45,405 bases of DNA from a virus (Duplodnaviria; Caudoviricetes): the IMG/VR virus record IMGVR_UViG_3300043029_000195, positions 1-45,405 of that record; one strand, given 5' to 3'. The position numbers were made by a program, and so were the translations under genes. The notes under the pieces are model-generated. The model searched no databases. It saw nothing but the letters and a program-made list of their open reading frames with translations, and had not been told where the DNA came from. Positions 35,713-44,448 of the stretch are shown here, one piece after another (within the stretch, counting starts at the first letter, position 1; each line of letters opens with the position of its first letter).

Positions 35713-37653
35713 AAAGTCGCATTCATAGCCATCTGCATCTAAGGGTAGTCCCTCCGACCATTTAGGGCTTTCGCTCATAATGCTGCAAATCTCTTCTATG
35801 CTGGACTCACCCATCGGAACTTCGCAGATCACCTCGTCATGCACATGAGCGACAATGGCAAATCCTGCTTTATCAAGTCTTAGCATGGCCTCAGCAAGAA
35901 GATCTCTTGATGCAGCTTGAACAATATTCTCCACAATCTTTGGCCCATAAGTTTCAATGCGCTCCCACTTTTTCGTAGTACCGATGCCTTCATAGGTCAG
36001 TCCCTCTCGTCCGAATTTATTCAGCATAAGTTTGGGCTTCACATAAACCAGATCACGACCTGATGGAAGTGTCACGAAAAGCATCCCGCTTTTATAGGTG
36101 AAGATAATTCCGTGGGTTCTAGTTCTGGTTCTCTCCTTCACTGCTTTGATGGCCATCTTGTCCACTTCCCACCAGAAATTCACGATGTGGGGATTGGCTC
36201 TACGCCAGTTATCAATAAGGCCTTGAAGCTCATGTTCTTCTACTCCCATCTCCAAAGCTCCCATGGATTTAAGTGCTCCAACGCCTCCACCATAACCGCA
36301 GGCAAGTTCAGAGATTTTCCCCTTCTGCCTTAAGGGACTGCCCTTAGTGATTTCATCAATAGTTACATGAAACATTTGTGAAGCCGATGCCTCATAAATC
36401 TTTCCATGTGACTGGAACACTTCAAGCCTCCATTTTTCACCAGCAAGCCAGGATAGGACCCTCGCTTCTATGGCTGAAAAGTCAGCTACGATAAATCGGT
36501 GATCTTCTTTTGGAATGAAGGCGGTCCTTATAAGTTCTGACAGTACCCCAGGTGTGTTACCAAAAAGCATTTGAAGATCATCAAAGCGTCCTTCTTTCAC
36601 CAGATCTCTAGCGAGCTTAAGGTCTACAAGGTGGTTCTGTGGCAGATTTTGGACCTGCACCAGCCTTCCGGCAAACCGGCCTGTTCGATTGGCTCCATAG
36701 AACTGAAAGAGTCCGTGGACTCTGCCATCAGAACAAACCGCTCTTTCGATGGCCTCATATTTCCTGACACTGGTCTTAGCCATAAGGAGCCGAAGTTTTA
36801 ATGCTTCTTCCACTTCACCTTCCGTTTCTGAAACCAGTTCTTTTACATTTTTCTTAGAGAGGCTCTCTACTTCCACGCCTCGATCCGATAACCAGTCCTT
36901 AAGTTGAAATACTGAATTTGGATTTTCCAGGCCCGTAAGTTCATAGGCCCTTTCCGTTGCTGCAACGGTAAACTGCTTATCGCAGGAGATGGCCTGCATC
37001 ACGAAATCCATATCTGTTCTGAAGCCTCGATCGTTGATGCGCTGATCCAGTTCATAGAGAGCTTGCTCTGATTCTGGTATTGGGTAGTCTTTAATCTTCT
37101 TTCTAATCTCCAGTTCCACTTCAACGTCTCTGATGTTGTACTGCTTAAACAGCTCCCATTTATCCGGTGCATCCGACGGCAGATTTCTGGTTCTACCACC
37201 ATTGGCAGCTGTTGGTTTGCAAGGGATACAAAAGTATCTGATCAGTGGTTTTCCTTCGGCCATCTTCTGAACACCCAGCCTTAGTACTTTGGCAACTCCC
37301 TCAAGGTGGAGAGGAAGTCCAAGCATTGCTGCCTGAACCTCACTGCACCGCCATGAAGATGGGTTAAGATATACATCATTACCAAGCTTTCGACTGAGAT
37401 ACCTCATAAGAGCAACTCTTTCAAAGTTGGCGTTAAAGGCCGTCTTGATGATATTGCTACATAGGATCGCTTCCACGATTGTCTCTGGAATCTCTTCACC
37501 ACTTGCAAGATCAACCAGTTCTACTGAACCTTCATCTATGCTGTAGGCAAAGAGTAGGATGTCGAAATTTGGACTGTCGGTGTAGCGGTAAACACCACAC
37601 TTCCCTAAATCTATATCTGAAAATGTTTCTATATCGATACTGAGTACTTTCAT
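35698..37653 (-). CDS. Phage family A DNA polymerase
   Basis: IDIET exonuclease motif, RTGRF, ADFSAIEARV, RQKGK.SELACGYG, HVHDE. Confidence 0.96.
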   Translation of the reverse strand: MKVLSIDIETFSDIDLGKCGVYRYTDSPNFDILLFAYSIDEGSVELVDLASGEEIPETIVEAILCSNIIKTAFNANFERVALMRYLSRKLGNDVYLNPSSWRCSEVQAAMLGLPLHLEGVAKVLRLGVQKMAEGKPLIRYFCIPCKPTAANGGRTRNLPSDAPDKWELFKQYNIRDVEVELEIRKKIKDYPIPESEQALYELDQRINDRGFRTDMDFVMQAISCDKQFTVAATERAYELTGLENPNSVFQLKDWLSDRGVEVESLSKKNVKELVSETEGEVEEALKLRLLMAKTSVRKYEAIERAVCSDGRVHGLFQFYGANRTGRFAGRLVQVQNLPQNHLVDLKLARDLVKEGRFDDLQMLFGNTPGVLSELIRTAFIPKEDHRFIVADFSAIEARVLSWLAGEKWRLEVFQSHGKIYEASASQMFHVTIDEITKGSPLRQKGKISELACGYGGGVGALKSMGALEMGVEEHELQGLIDNWRRANPHIVNFWWEVDKMAIKAVKERTRTRTHGIIFTYKSGMLFVTLPSGRDLVYVKPKLMLNKFGREGLTYEGIGTTKKWERIETYGPKIVENIVQAASRDLLAEAMLRLDKAGFAIVAHVHDEVICEVPMGESSIEEICSIMSESPKWSEGLPLDADGYECDFYQKS

Positions 37654-37686
37654 GGGTTCACCACCTCCTCTCCATCCTCTTTACTG

Positions 37687-38220
37687 TTATGCCAAGAAGT
37701 CATCGTCTGCTTCGATTTCAAAGTCATCTTCAGCTCGGCTCTTACCACCCAGTGGTTCTCCGTCTTTAAGCTTCTGGACGTTCCCGAGGCCCGCTGCAAT
37801 TCCACGATTTCCGTTCACATTGAAGGCATACAGGTTCAGGCTTACTTTCCCGTAACATCCTGAGTAGACTTCACTTCTATCAAGGATAGTTTGAATCTTT
37901 CCATCCACAACTTGAGGTGCGTCTTTGGAATTGGCGTTGATAAAATAGCACCCTTCATATGCAGGATCATCCGGTCTATCGATATCTCCGTCTCGAAGAG
38001 GCGTTTTTAGATTGGGTGGTATCTTTCCACCAAACTTTGGTGCGCCTTCCTGCTTAGCCGCCTCAATTGCCTTCAAGATTGCATTTACGGTCCTCTTGTC
38101 TGACTTTGGAATAATGACTGAAACGCTGTACTTAGGGTCACTTCCATTGATACTTTTTGGTTCAAAAACATTCACATAGCTTAATCTTCCGGGTACGACT
38201 ACTTTCGTTTCTTTACTCAT
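37687..38220 (-). CDS. DUF2815 ssDNA-binding protein
   Basis: PLRDGD, VYSGCY, GIAAGLGNVQK, acidic C-terminus ending FLA. Confidence 0.9.
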   Translation of the reverse strand: MSKETKVVVPGRLSYVNVFEPKSINGSDPKYSVSVIIPKSDKRTVNAILKAIEAAKQEGAPKFGGKIPPNLKTPLRDGDIDRPDDPAYEGCYFINANSKDAPQVVDGKIQTILDRSEVYSGCYGKVSLNLYAFNVNGNRGIAAGLGNVQKLKDGEPLGGKSRAEDDFEIEADDDFLA

Positions 38221-38313
38221 AATAAAATCCTCCTAATATTTGTATTGGTTTGCTCGGTTAGAGCTTGGTTACAGTAATTGATTGATGCTTCATAAGCCTC
38301 CATTGACATTGAC

Positions 38314-39450
38314 CTATTCTTCCACCTGAAACTCTGCATGGAGAGGATCTACAGCTTGACGCTTGTCTGTTTCAGATACAAGGGTGAGCTTGCCTTTTGG
38401 CTTTTCTACAAGGCTTCCAAGAAGCTCATTGAACTTCTTTTTGCCCATGAGCTTCTCCATCTCAGTGATGGTGATAAGGCTCTGTTTGAAGATGTCTGTA
38501 TAACCGGCTTCCTTCGCAGTTTCAGCAACTGCAGTTTCATCGGTGTATTTTCTTCTGGTTCTACCTTCGACCAGCTTGAATCCATCCCACTCTCTGCCTT
38601 CATTGATGGCCAGCGCTGTGGCATAGGTGTAGATATCCCCTGCCCATTTAGCCAGTTCATCTGCAAGGCCTATAATTTCAGCAATTTCCTCATCAGTTAA
38701 AAGAGCAGGATCCTGAAATTCATACTTTAATAGTTCAAGATTTTTCACAGCCCTAGCCCTGCACTGGTTCTTTGCTCTACAGAATCTGCAATGATCTCCA
38801 GCACAGAACTCTCCACCACCGGTACTAGCTAGTAGTGCCTTGGGTTTCAACTCTTCCTCAGCCCATTTCAGCAGTTCTTCCACAGTGATTTCCCAAGTGG
38901 AAAAGTTGTCTACCCTTGGCTGGACAATAGCCATAGACACTTTTTCAATGTCGTAAAGCATGTCGAAAAGGGATAAGGCCCCGAGTGCATAAAGCATCAT
39001 CTGTGGGTTCTTTTCTGCTGAGACGATGACACCTCGTCCGTATTTCAGGTCCACCACATGAAGGGTGCCATTTCCAACGACAACCAGGTCACCGGTTCCA
39101 AACCCTTCTGGTACATAATCACTGAAATCTAGCTTCTGCTCGATTAGGATTTGAAGGTCCTGACAGTTCTCTTTGGATTTCTCTATGAGCTCCAAACAAT
39201 ACTCCACATATAGATCTGTCATCTCATCCATTTCGTCCGAATGATATGGACTTGTCGGTTTCTTCGACCGCATCTTCAGTGCTTTCTTTAGCTTGTGTTC
39301 AGCCAGGTCATGGGCCGCTGTTCCTTCCTCTGCATAGCTGCTTGTCTCGTTCGGAAACTGCTGCTCTAGTTGAGCAGAGGGTGGACAGTTCATCCACCGG
39401 TGCGCCCCTGATGCGGAGTAGATGGAATGGGTGTTATATGATCCACTCAC
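38314..39450 (-). CDS. DUF2800 Cas4/PD-(D/E)xK-like nuclease
   Basis: RWMNCPPS, EGTAAH, FGTGD, DLKYG, NPQMMLY, CRFC....C. Confidence 0.9.
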   Translation of the reverse strand: MSGSYNTHSIYSASGAHRWMNCPPSAQLEQQFPNETSSYAEEGTAAHDLAEHKLKKALKMRSKKPTSPYHSDEMDEMTDLYVEYCLELIEKSKENCQDLQILIEQKLDFSDYVPEGFGTGDLVVVGNGTLHVVDLKYGRGVIVSAEKNPQMMLYALGALSLFDMLYDIEKVSMAIVQPRVDNFSTWEITVEELLKWAEEELKPKALLASTGGGEFCAGDHCRFCRAKNQCRARAVKNLELLKYEFQDPALLTDEEIAEIIGLADELAKWAGDIYTYATALAINEGREWDGFKLVEGRTRRKYTDETAVAETAKEAGYTDIFKQSLITITEMEKLMGKKKFNELLGSLVEKPKGKLTLVSETDKRQAVDPLHAEFQVEE

Positions 39451-39806
39451 TTCAGCTCACCCACTTCCTTAAGGGCAGCTGCATAGTGTTTAGGGTCCAG
39501 TGCCGAGAGGTTATTTGCTCCATATTTTGTGATGATGGCTTTCACCGCCTCTCTGTGGCCATCCCTACTCTTATCTGCCATCGCAGCTCTGACTTCTTCC
39601 AAGGTCGGTTGTTTTTCTTCTGGTACTTCCTCAACTTCAGGTTCTGATTCTTCAGTTTTTGCCTTAGCCTTTGATTTCTTTTTAGTTGGTTCTTCATTGA
39701 TAGGCGCTACTTCATTTGCTTCCATGGCACGTACCAAAGTCTCTATACTTTCAGCCAGCGATTTAAGATCACTGACGACATCCAGTGCGAGTTTGATTTT
39801 ACTCAT
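39447..39806 (-). CDS. Conserved phage hypothetical protein
   Basis: TLEEVRA...KYGA..LSALDP..Y motif typical upstream of DUF2800. Confidence 0.8.
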   Translation of the reverse strand: MSKIKLALDVVSDLKSLAESIETLVRAMEANEVAPINEEPTKKKSKAKAKTEESEPEVEEVPEEKQPTLEEVRAAMADKSRDGHREAVKAIITKYGANNLSALDPKHYAAALKEVGELK

Positions 39807-41019
39807 CTCTTTGTCCTCCTTTCTTTTTCAAATACTCCGTAGTCAGGTCCTTAAGAATCGGAACCAGGTCCTTCATCTCCCAGGGTGTGTTTTTCTCTAC
39901 TCCATCCAGCGTCATTTTTTCTCTGCCAAAATGACCATAGACTGCAAATTGTCTGTAGATAGGTCGTCGCAATCCAAATGACTTAATGATGGTTCCTGGT
40001 CTCATGTCAATGAGTGCCTTGATAATTTCCGTCAATACTTCATCCGGCAGTATTCCGGTTCCGAAGGTGTCTATCTTAAAAGACACTGGCTTGGCCACGC
40101 CAATGGCGTAAGAAACCTGCACTTCACATTCCCTAGCAAGACCTGCTGCCACGATGTTCTTTGCGATGTATCTGGCAAGATAAGCACCAGACCTGTCTAC
40201 CTTCGTTGGGTCTTTTCCTGAGAAGGCTCCTCCACCATGACGCCCCTTGCTTCCGTAGGTATCAACGATGATTTTTCTGCCGGTTAAACCTGAGTCTGCT
40301 GCAGGACCACCAAGTACAAATCTACCTGTCGGATTTATCATCAATTTCGTGTTCTCAGTCAAAAGCTCATGTGGGATGACTTTTAGGACAATATGCTTGG
40401 TCACGTCTTCCCTCAGCTTCTTGATGTCCACACCTTCTACATGTTGTGTAGAGACCACAATCGCTTCAATGGATAACGGCTTATTGTCCTTTCCATAACC
40501 AAGTGATACTTGTGCTTTTCCATCTGGTTTGAGATAAGGAAGCAGTCCTGACTTTCTCGCTTCTGCTAGCCTCATGCAGAGCCTATGTGAGAGGACTAAT
40601 GGCAGAGGCATAAACTCAGTTGTTTCATCCGTTGCGTAGCCAAACATCATCCCTTGGTCTCCGGCACCAACTTCCTTCTTATCAACGCCCATCGCGATGT
40701 CATGAGACTGCTTGTTAATGGCGATCAGCATTCTGTAGAACTCACCATCTGTGGATAGCTCGTCTGCTCGGTAGCCGATATCATAAATCACGTTCTTAAT
40801 GACTCTCTTGTAGTCGATTCTTTTTTCAGTGCTGGTTTCTCCAAACACATGAATAAGTCCATCGGCTACAGTGACTTCAATTGCTGTTCTTGCTTCTGGA
40901 TCCTCCAATAGAATGGCGTCCATGATGGCGTCAGCGATCTGATCGCAGAGCTTATCTGGATGCCCCTCCGTCACCGATTCAGAGGTAAAAACATAGGATG
41001 GTTTCAGATTTTCTTTCAT
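39799..41019 (-). CDS. metK: S-adenosylmethionine synthetase
   Basis: FTSESVTEGHPDK, GAGDQG, GLTGRKIIVDTYG, GGGAFSGKDPTKVDRS all intact. Confidence 0.97.
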   Translation of the reverse strand: MKENLKPSYVFTSESVTEGHPDKLCDQIADAIMDAILLEDPEARTAIEVTVADGLIHVFGETSTEKRIDYKRVIKNVIYDIGYRADELSTDGEFYRMLIAINKQSHDIAMGVDKKEVGAGDQGMMFGYATDETTEFMPLPLVLSHRLCMRLAEARKSGLLPYLKPDGKAQVSLGYGKDNKPLSIEAIVVSTQHVEGVDIKKLREDVTKHIVLKVIPHELLTENTKLMINPTGRFVLGGPAADSGLTGRKIIVDTYGSKGRHGGGAFSGKDPTKVDRSGAYLARYIAKNIVAAGLARECEVQVSYAIGVAKPVSFKIDTFGTGILPDEVLTEIIKALIDMRPGTIIKSFGLRRPIYRQFAVYGHFGREKMTLDGVEKNTPWEMKDLVPILKDLTTEYLKKKGGQRDE

Positions 41020-41033
41020 TTATTTGCTCCTCT

Positions 41034-41291
41034 CTATTCCGATTGATCAGTTTCGTCCGCTTCTTGCACTTCCATCTCCGTAATGGAAATAGTTCCGACA
41101 CTTTCGCCAGGTACGAGAACTACCATCCTGTGTCCATCTCCAAAGATTGCGTTTAGCAAGCGGTCCCTGAGTGTCACTTTTCTGGCAGCAAGCACTTGAT
41201 TTGGACTTGGCTTCTTAATGCCGATCTCCACATGATGCATGGTCTTTGCTTTTTGAAGATTTAGAACGCCTTGTTTACTCATCTCATTCAC
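41034..41291 (-). CDS. Conserved phage hypothetical protein
   Basis: RBS GAAAGGTAGG; VTLRDRLL...VLVPGESV. Confidence 0.75.
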   Translation of the reverse strand: MNEMSKQGVLNLQKAKTMHHVEIGIKKPSPNQVLAARKVTLRDRLLNAIFGDGHRMVVLVPGESVGTISITEMEVQEADETDQSE

Positions 41292-41370
41292 CTACCTTTC
41301 TTATTAAAAATTTGAGTTCCATATCAGTGGCCTCTATATATAGGTCACGGGAGGAGCAAAACCGAACCCC

Positions 41371-41910
41371 CTAAAATAAACTTTTTTTGATTTTTTTCAA
41401 AATGCGTTTTCTTCGATTGCGAATGGCAGCTTCATCAACGCCATCACGCTTGGCAATGTGAGCTATTGGAATCTCGCGGTAATATAGATCCATCACAAGT
41501 TCCTGCTGCTGAGGTTCCAAAGCCTGAATAGCATCTCTCAATGCTTCCTTTTCAAGATTTGCCAGCACCATATCGAGTGCATCATCATTTGCCATTAAAG
41601 TATCAAACTTGTCATTCTGGTCTGAGTAGCTGTGATGACGTCTTGTCTCAGTCTTATTGCTGTTGGATTCAAGTCTTTCTTCCCCTTTGCTAATGACAAG
41701 CCACATCCACGGCTCTACCTCTTCAGTGCCAGTGAGCATATCTTCAGTGATCTGTACTTTCTCATCTGTTGCAGTAAACTCATATGTGAATGAATCACAC
41801 TCGCTTAAATCAAATGTGGTTTTCTTTTTGCCAACTGCATAAGTGACCTTTCCTTCTTCTGAAATCTCAATAGATGTAGTGATGCCATTGGTTTTGAACG
41901 TTTTGAACAT
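41371..41910 (-). CDS. Sigma-70 region-4-like factor
   Basis: C-terminal L..AIQAL...QQELV...YY...IAKRDGV...AIRNR; start MFKTF from RBS AAAGGAGG. Confidence 0.8.
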   Translation of the reverse strand: MFKTFKTNGITTSIEISEEGKVTYAVGKKKTTFDLSECDSFTYEFTATDEKVQITEDMLTGTEEVEPWMWLVISKGEERLESNSNKTETRRHHSYSDQNDKFDTLMANDDALDMVLANLEKEALRDAIQALEPQQQELVMDLYYREIPIAHIAKRDGVDEAAIRNRRKRILKKIKKSLF

Positions 41911-41916
41911 TGTCTG

Positions 41917-42141
41917 TTCCTCCTTTGAAATAAGTAGTTGGAGGAAGCGCAACCAAAAAAAAGTGCATAAAAATAAGCCCTAATACGCATCACGCGTACT
42001 AGGGCCAACTGGCCGAGGGCATACACCCTGTGGACATAAATCATCCCAAGGGCATAAAAATAGCCGCTTAGGTTAAGACTCGAATAAATCCTAACCCAAG
42101 CGGCTATTCTGCCACTATATTCATTTTTTGGACACACTTCC
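41917..42141 (-). ncRNA. Putative structured 5' leader RNA of the early operon
   Basis: 18-bp closing stem, two terminator-like hairpins (42056..42106 and 41969..42005), anti-SD/SD pairing. Confidence 0.5.
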
Positions 42142-42151
42142 CACTATACTC

Positions 42152-42180
42152 ATTATAGAAGGTCCATACTGTCAAAACAA
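42152..42180 (-). promoter_or_regulatory. Early-operon promoter
   Basis: TATAAT at 42157..42152 with a weak -35 TTGTTT 17 bp upstream, overlapped by the repeat array. Confidence 0.6.
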
Positions 42181-42299
42181 TTTCAAAAGCCTATCAATTC
42201 CCTCTCATTGGACTTTCATTTTCCTATCATTTTACTTTCAACTTCCTATCATCTGACTGTAATTTTACTGTCAATTGACTCTCAATAAACTGTCAGTTT
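42168..42299. repeat. Twelve tandem 11-bp degenerate repeats, plus-strand core (A/C)CTNTCA
   Basis: Units start at 42168, 42179, 42190 ... 42289 with an exact 11-bp period. Confidence 0.85.
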
Positions 42300-42313
42300 T
42301 AGTCCACATACCT

Positions 42314-42883
42314 CTATTGAAGCTTGTCCCAGTATTCTTTTAGAGGTGGAATTATGTACCCCCAAAGTGCAATTCCCATGAGTTCAGTCGCTTGTTTTTT
42401 GTACCGGTAATAGGTCGACTGGGTCAAATTCAACTTACTCATGATGGCATCATCACAAATCACATCTTTATCAATGTAACAGTATGTGATAATGTCATGG
42501 TATACTTGTCCATGCTTTGGATGGGTTTTCAGATGCTTAAGTGCCTTGTCCACGATTTCGATCATCTGCTTGGTTTCCGCAATGCACATAAGCCTGTCTT
42601 CAATGGCTTTCTTGTCTTTTATCAGATCATATTCGTCCAGTTCCAAGCTTAAAAAATCAACCAGTTCAGAGATTCTATCGCTTCCGTACTCCTGTGCTGT
42701 CTCTTGAACCTCATATATGGCAGTCTCTATCCTCCATACCACTGTCCGGTAGATGGATAGAAGAAGCTTCGTCTTATGAAATTGCTGTGTTTCGAGTTTC
42801 TTTGTTCCCCCCAAAGGCCTCACCCCTTTCAACCCTTTGGAAGACGGTTGTTTTTGGTCCTGTAACTTTGTATCTCTCTGCAT
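42314..42883 (-). CDS. Putative transcriptional activator (C-terminal sigma-r4/ArpU-like HTH)
   Basis: YHDIITYCYI...LNLTQSTYYRYKKQA..ALWG; followed directly by the repeat array and a promoter. Confidence 0.65.
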   Translation of the reverse strand: MQRDTKLQDQKQPSSKGLKGVRPLGGTKKLETQQFHKTKLLLSIYRTVVWRIETAIYEVQETAQEYGSDRISELVDFLSLELDEYDLIKDKKAIEDRLMCIAETKQMIEIVDKALKHLKTHPKHGQVYHDIITYCYIDKDVICDDAIMSKLNLTQSTYYRYKKQATELMGIALWGYIIPPLKEYWDKLQ

Positions 42884-42932
42884 TTTTGAGCCTCCTTTTT
42901 CAGAATTATCTGTGGCGAAAAGGCTTATTTAT

Positions 42933-42961
42933 ATTATATAACCGAACGTATGTTCTGTCCA
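42933..42961 (-). promoter_or_regulatory. SigA-type promoter with a Gram-positive LexA (SOS) box in its spacer
   Basis: TGGACA-17bp-TATAAT; CGAACGTATGTTCT at 42943..42956 matches GAAC-N4-GTTC. Confidence 0.85.
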
Positions 42962-43067
42962 ATATAATATTCCCGGTCTTTTCAACAGATGCCTGCAAAG
43001 CCATTAAAATCAATGTTTATAGGGTTACAATAAATTTTCATGAGTGAAAATATTTCGTTTACTCATA

Positions 43068-43085
43068 TTTCACCAAACTGCGTAA
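43068..43085. promoter_or_regulatory. Putative repressor operator TTTCAC-N6-GCGTAA (copy 3)
   Basis: Same half-sites as the two copies flanking the repressor promoter. Confidence 0.65.
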
Positions 43086-43094
43086 TCGTTGGGT

Positions 43095-43119
43095 AAAAAA
43101 AACTAGCGAACTAGTTTTT
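43095..43119. terminator. Bidirectional-looking terminator after the metallopeptidase
   Basis: AAAAACTAG-CGAA-CTAGTTTTT. Confidence 0.55.
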
Positions 43120-43130
43120 CTTTTGTGCTA

Positions 43131-43958
43131 TTAGAACAGTCGAAACTGACTATTTTCTTCTTCAAGGGACTTCGTATCTCTTATAAAGCCAAACTTTCTC
43201 AGCTTCACATATGCAGCTGATTTAGATACCCCATAGGCATCAACTATGACTTTCGTCAATTTTTCTTTAGCGAAGAAGCGCTCTTTGAGTCCCGCATCTT
43301 CAATTACATACCCTTCAGTGATTCCATTGGCTTTTAAAGTCTCAAGTACTAACGGTACGAATGTCGCCTTTGGCATTGCAATGGCAGATGCAAAATAATC
43401 AGCCTGGTGCTCCCGCCATTCTTCAGGTGTTCGATAACCTTTCCACGTTCGGCCAAAACTCTCAATGTCAGACCGCCTACAACATGTCACAGGTTTTATG
43501 GGTTCTGTATCACTACTAAAAAGAGAGAGCTGTTCTGCCGGTTCTGAATAAACCATTGGGTGCAGCCATAGATGTCCACCTTCGTGTAAACCAGTAAACA
43601 GCTCCAATCCTTCTCGACCTTCCTCTGTTACATAATGGTCTAAAACAACTGAGTTCTTTTCAAGGGTCAGGTGCCTTGTACAAAGATTCTCCTGATCGAA
43701 GATTTTCAGTCTTTCTTCATTAAAGGCCGTCACCCCGAAGATTTGACCTTCATCCTCGCCATAATAGATGTGCTGATATTCAAGATTTGCACCTAGGTAT
43801 GATTCGAGAAAATGCTCATATTTAATTTTTCTTGGCTCTTTTAAGAGTACCGATTTATAATCCTTCAGCAGCATCTCCGCCAGTTCATCAAGCTCCACGT
43901 CCTTGATCACAGGTGTGTTGCTCTTCTTGTCTATTTTATTCCATCGGAATTCAATCAA
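43131..43958 (-). CDS. ImmA/IrrE-family metallopeptidase
   Basis: FTGLHEGGH (HExxH), EHQADYFASAIAMP, YGVSKSAA. Confidence 0.9.
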   Translation of the reverse strand: MIEFRWNKIDKKSNTPVIKDVELDELAEMLLKDYKSVLLKEPRKIKYEHFLESYLGANLEYQHIYYGEDEGQIFGVTAFNEERLKIFDQENLCTRHLTLEKNSVVLDHYVTEEGREGLELFTGLHEGGHLWLHPMVYSEPAEQLSLFSSDTEPIKPVTCCRRSDIESFGRTWKGYRTPEEWREHQADYFASAIAMPKATFVPLVLETLKANGITEGYVIEDAGLKERFFAKEKLTKVIVDAYGVSKSAAYVKLRKFGFIRDTKSLEEENSQFRLF

Positions 43959-44224
43959 AACTGATCACCACTCTTTCGCATTCTTGTCGGGATAAAGCAA
44001 CCGCGCCTAATACGGGCTTTATTAACAACAAATGTTTGTATTCGGTATTACATCTTTGCTTCAAAAATATGTCTTTAAAATTCTCTAATAAATAATTTGG
44101 TTATATAATCTAACATGAAATAAGTGGTTTAAAATTTTTATTTAATGGTTTTATTTTTTTCTACTAGGCTCTTTAAGTTTTTAATTTTGGATTATCGTTT
44201 TGAGGGCATATTCACATTTTTTAT

Positions 44225-44404
44225 AATTGATCTTCTTTTTTAAGTAGCTGTTATTTTTAAGTATTCATTGTTTTGAGTGATTTTCATTTTAATTGATTTT
44301 CATTTTATAAGTATTCACATATAATCGATTTTCTTGAAATTGATTTTCTCACTTTAATTTGGCTTTTCACTTTTTTATTTAGCTTTCATTTCTAATTGAT
44401 CTTC
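44225..44404. repeat. AT-rich spacer with dispersed GAA(A/G)ATCAATT-like repeats
   Basis: Copies at 44225, 44275, 44291, 44323, 44338 and 44394; TAAGTATTCA at 44258 and 44308. Confidence 0.55.
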
Positions 44405-44448
44405 TCTTAAATTATCCATTGCCCATTATAAAATATGTTTTACTCTTT

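Noticed and set aside
38217-38309. 30-codon ORF between DUF2800 and DUF2815
   Set aside because: Weak RBS and no motif; cannot be supported without conservation data.
38314-39450. Cas4-like nuclease as part of a CRISPR-Cas system
   Set aside because: It sits in the standard DUF2800-DUF2815-polA phage replication block, with no array or other cas genes.
41020-42141. Canonical SAM riboswitch upstream of metK
   Set aside because: No SAM-I core recognisable by eye, and metK is an internal gene with only a short RBS spacer.
42152-42175. Perfect TTGACA/TATAAT pair as a SigA promoter
   Set aside because: They are only 12 bp apart; the TTGACA is part of the last 11-bp repeat.
42168-42299. 11-bp array as a CRISPR array
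   Set aside because: Units are short, degenerate and contiguous, with no spacers.
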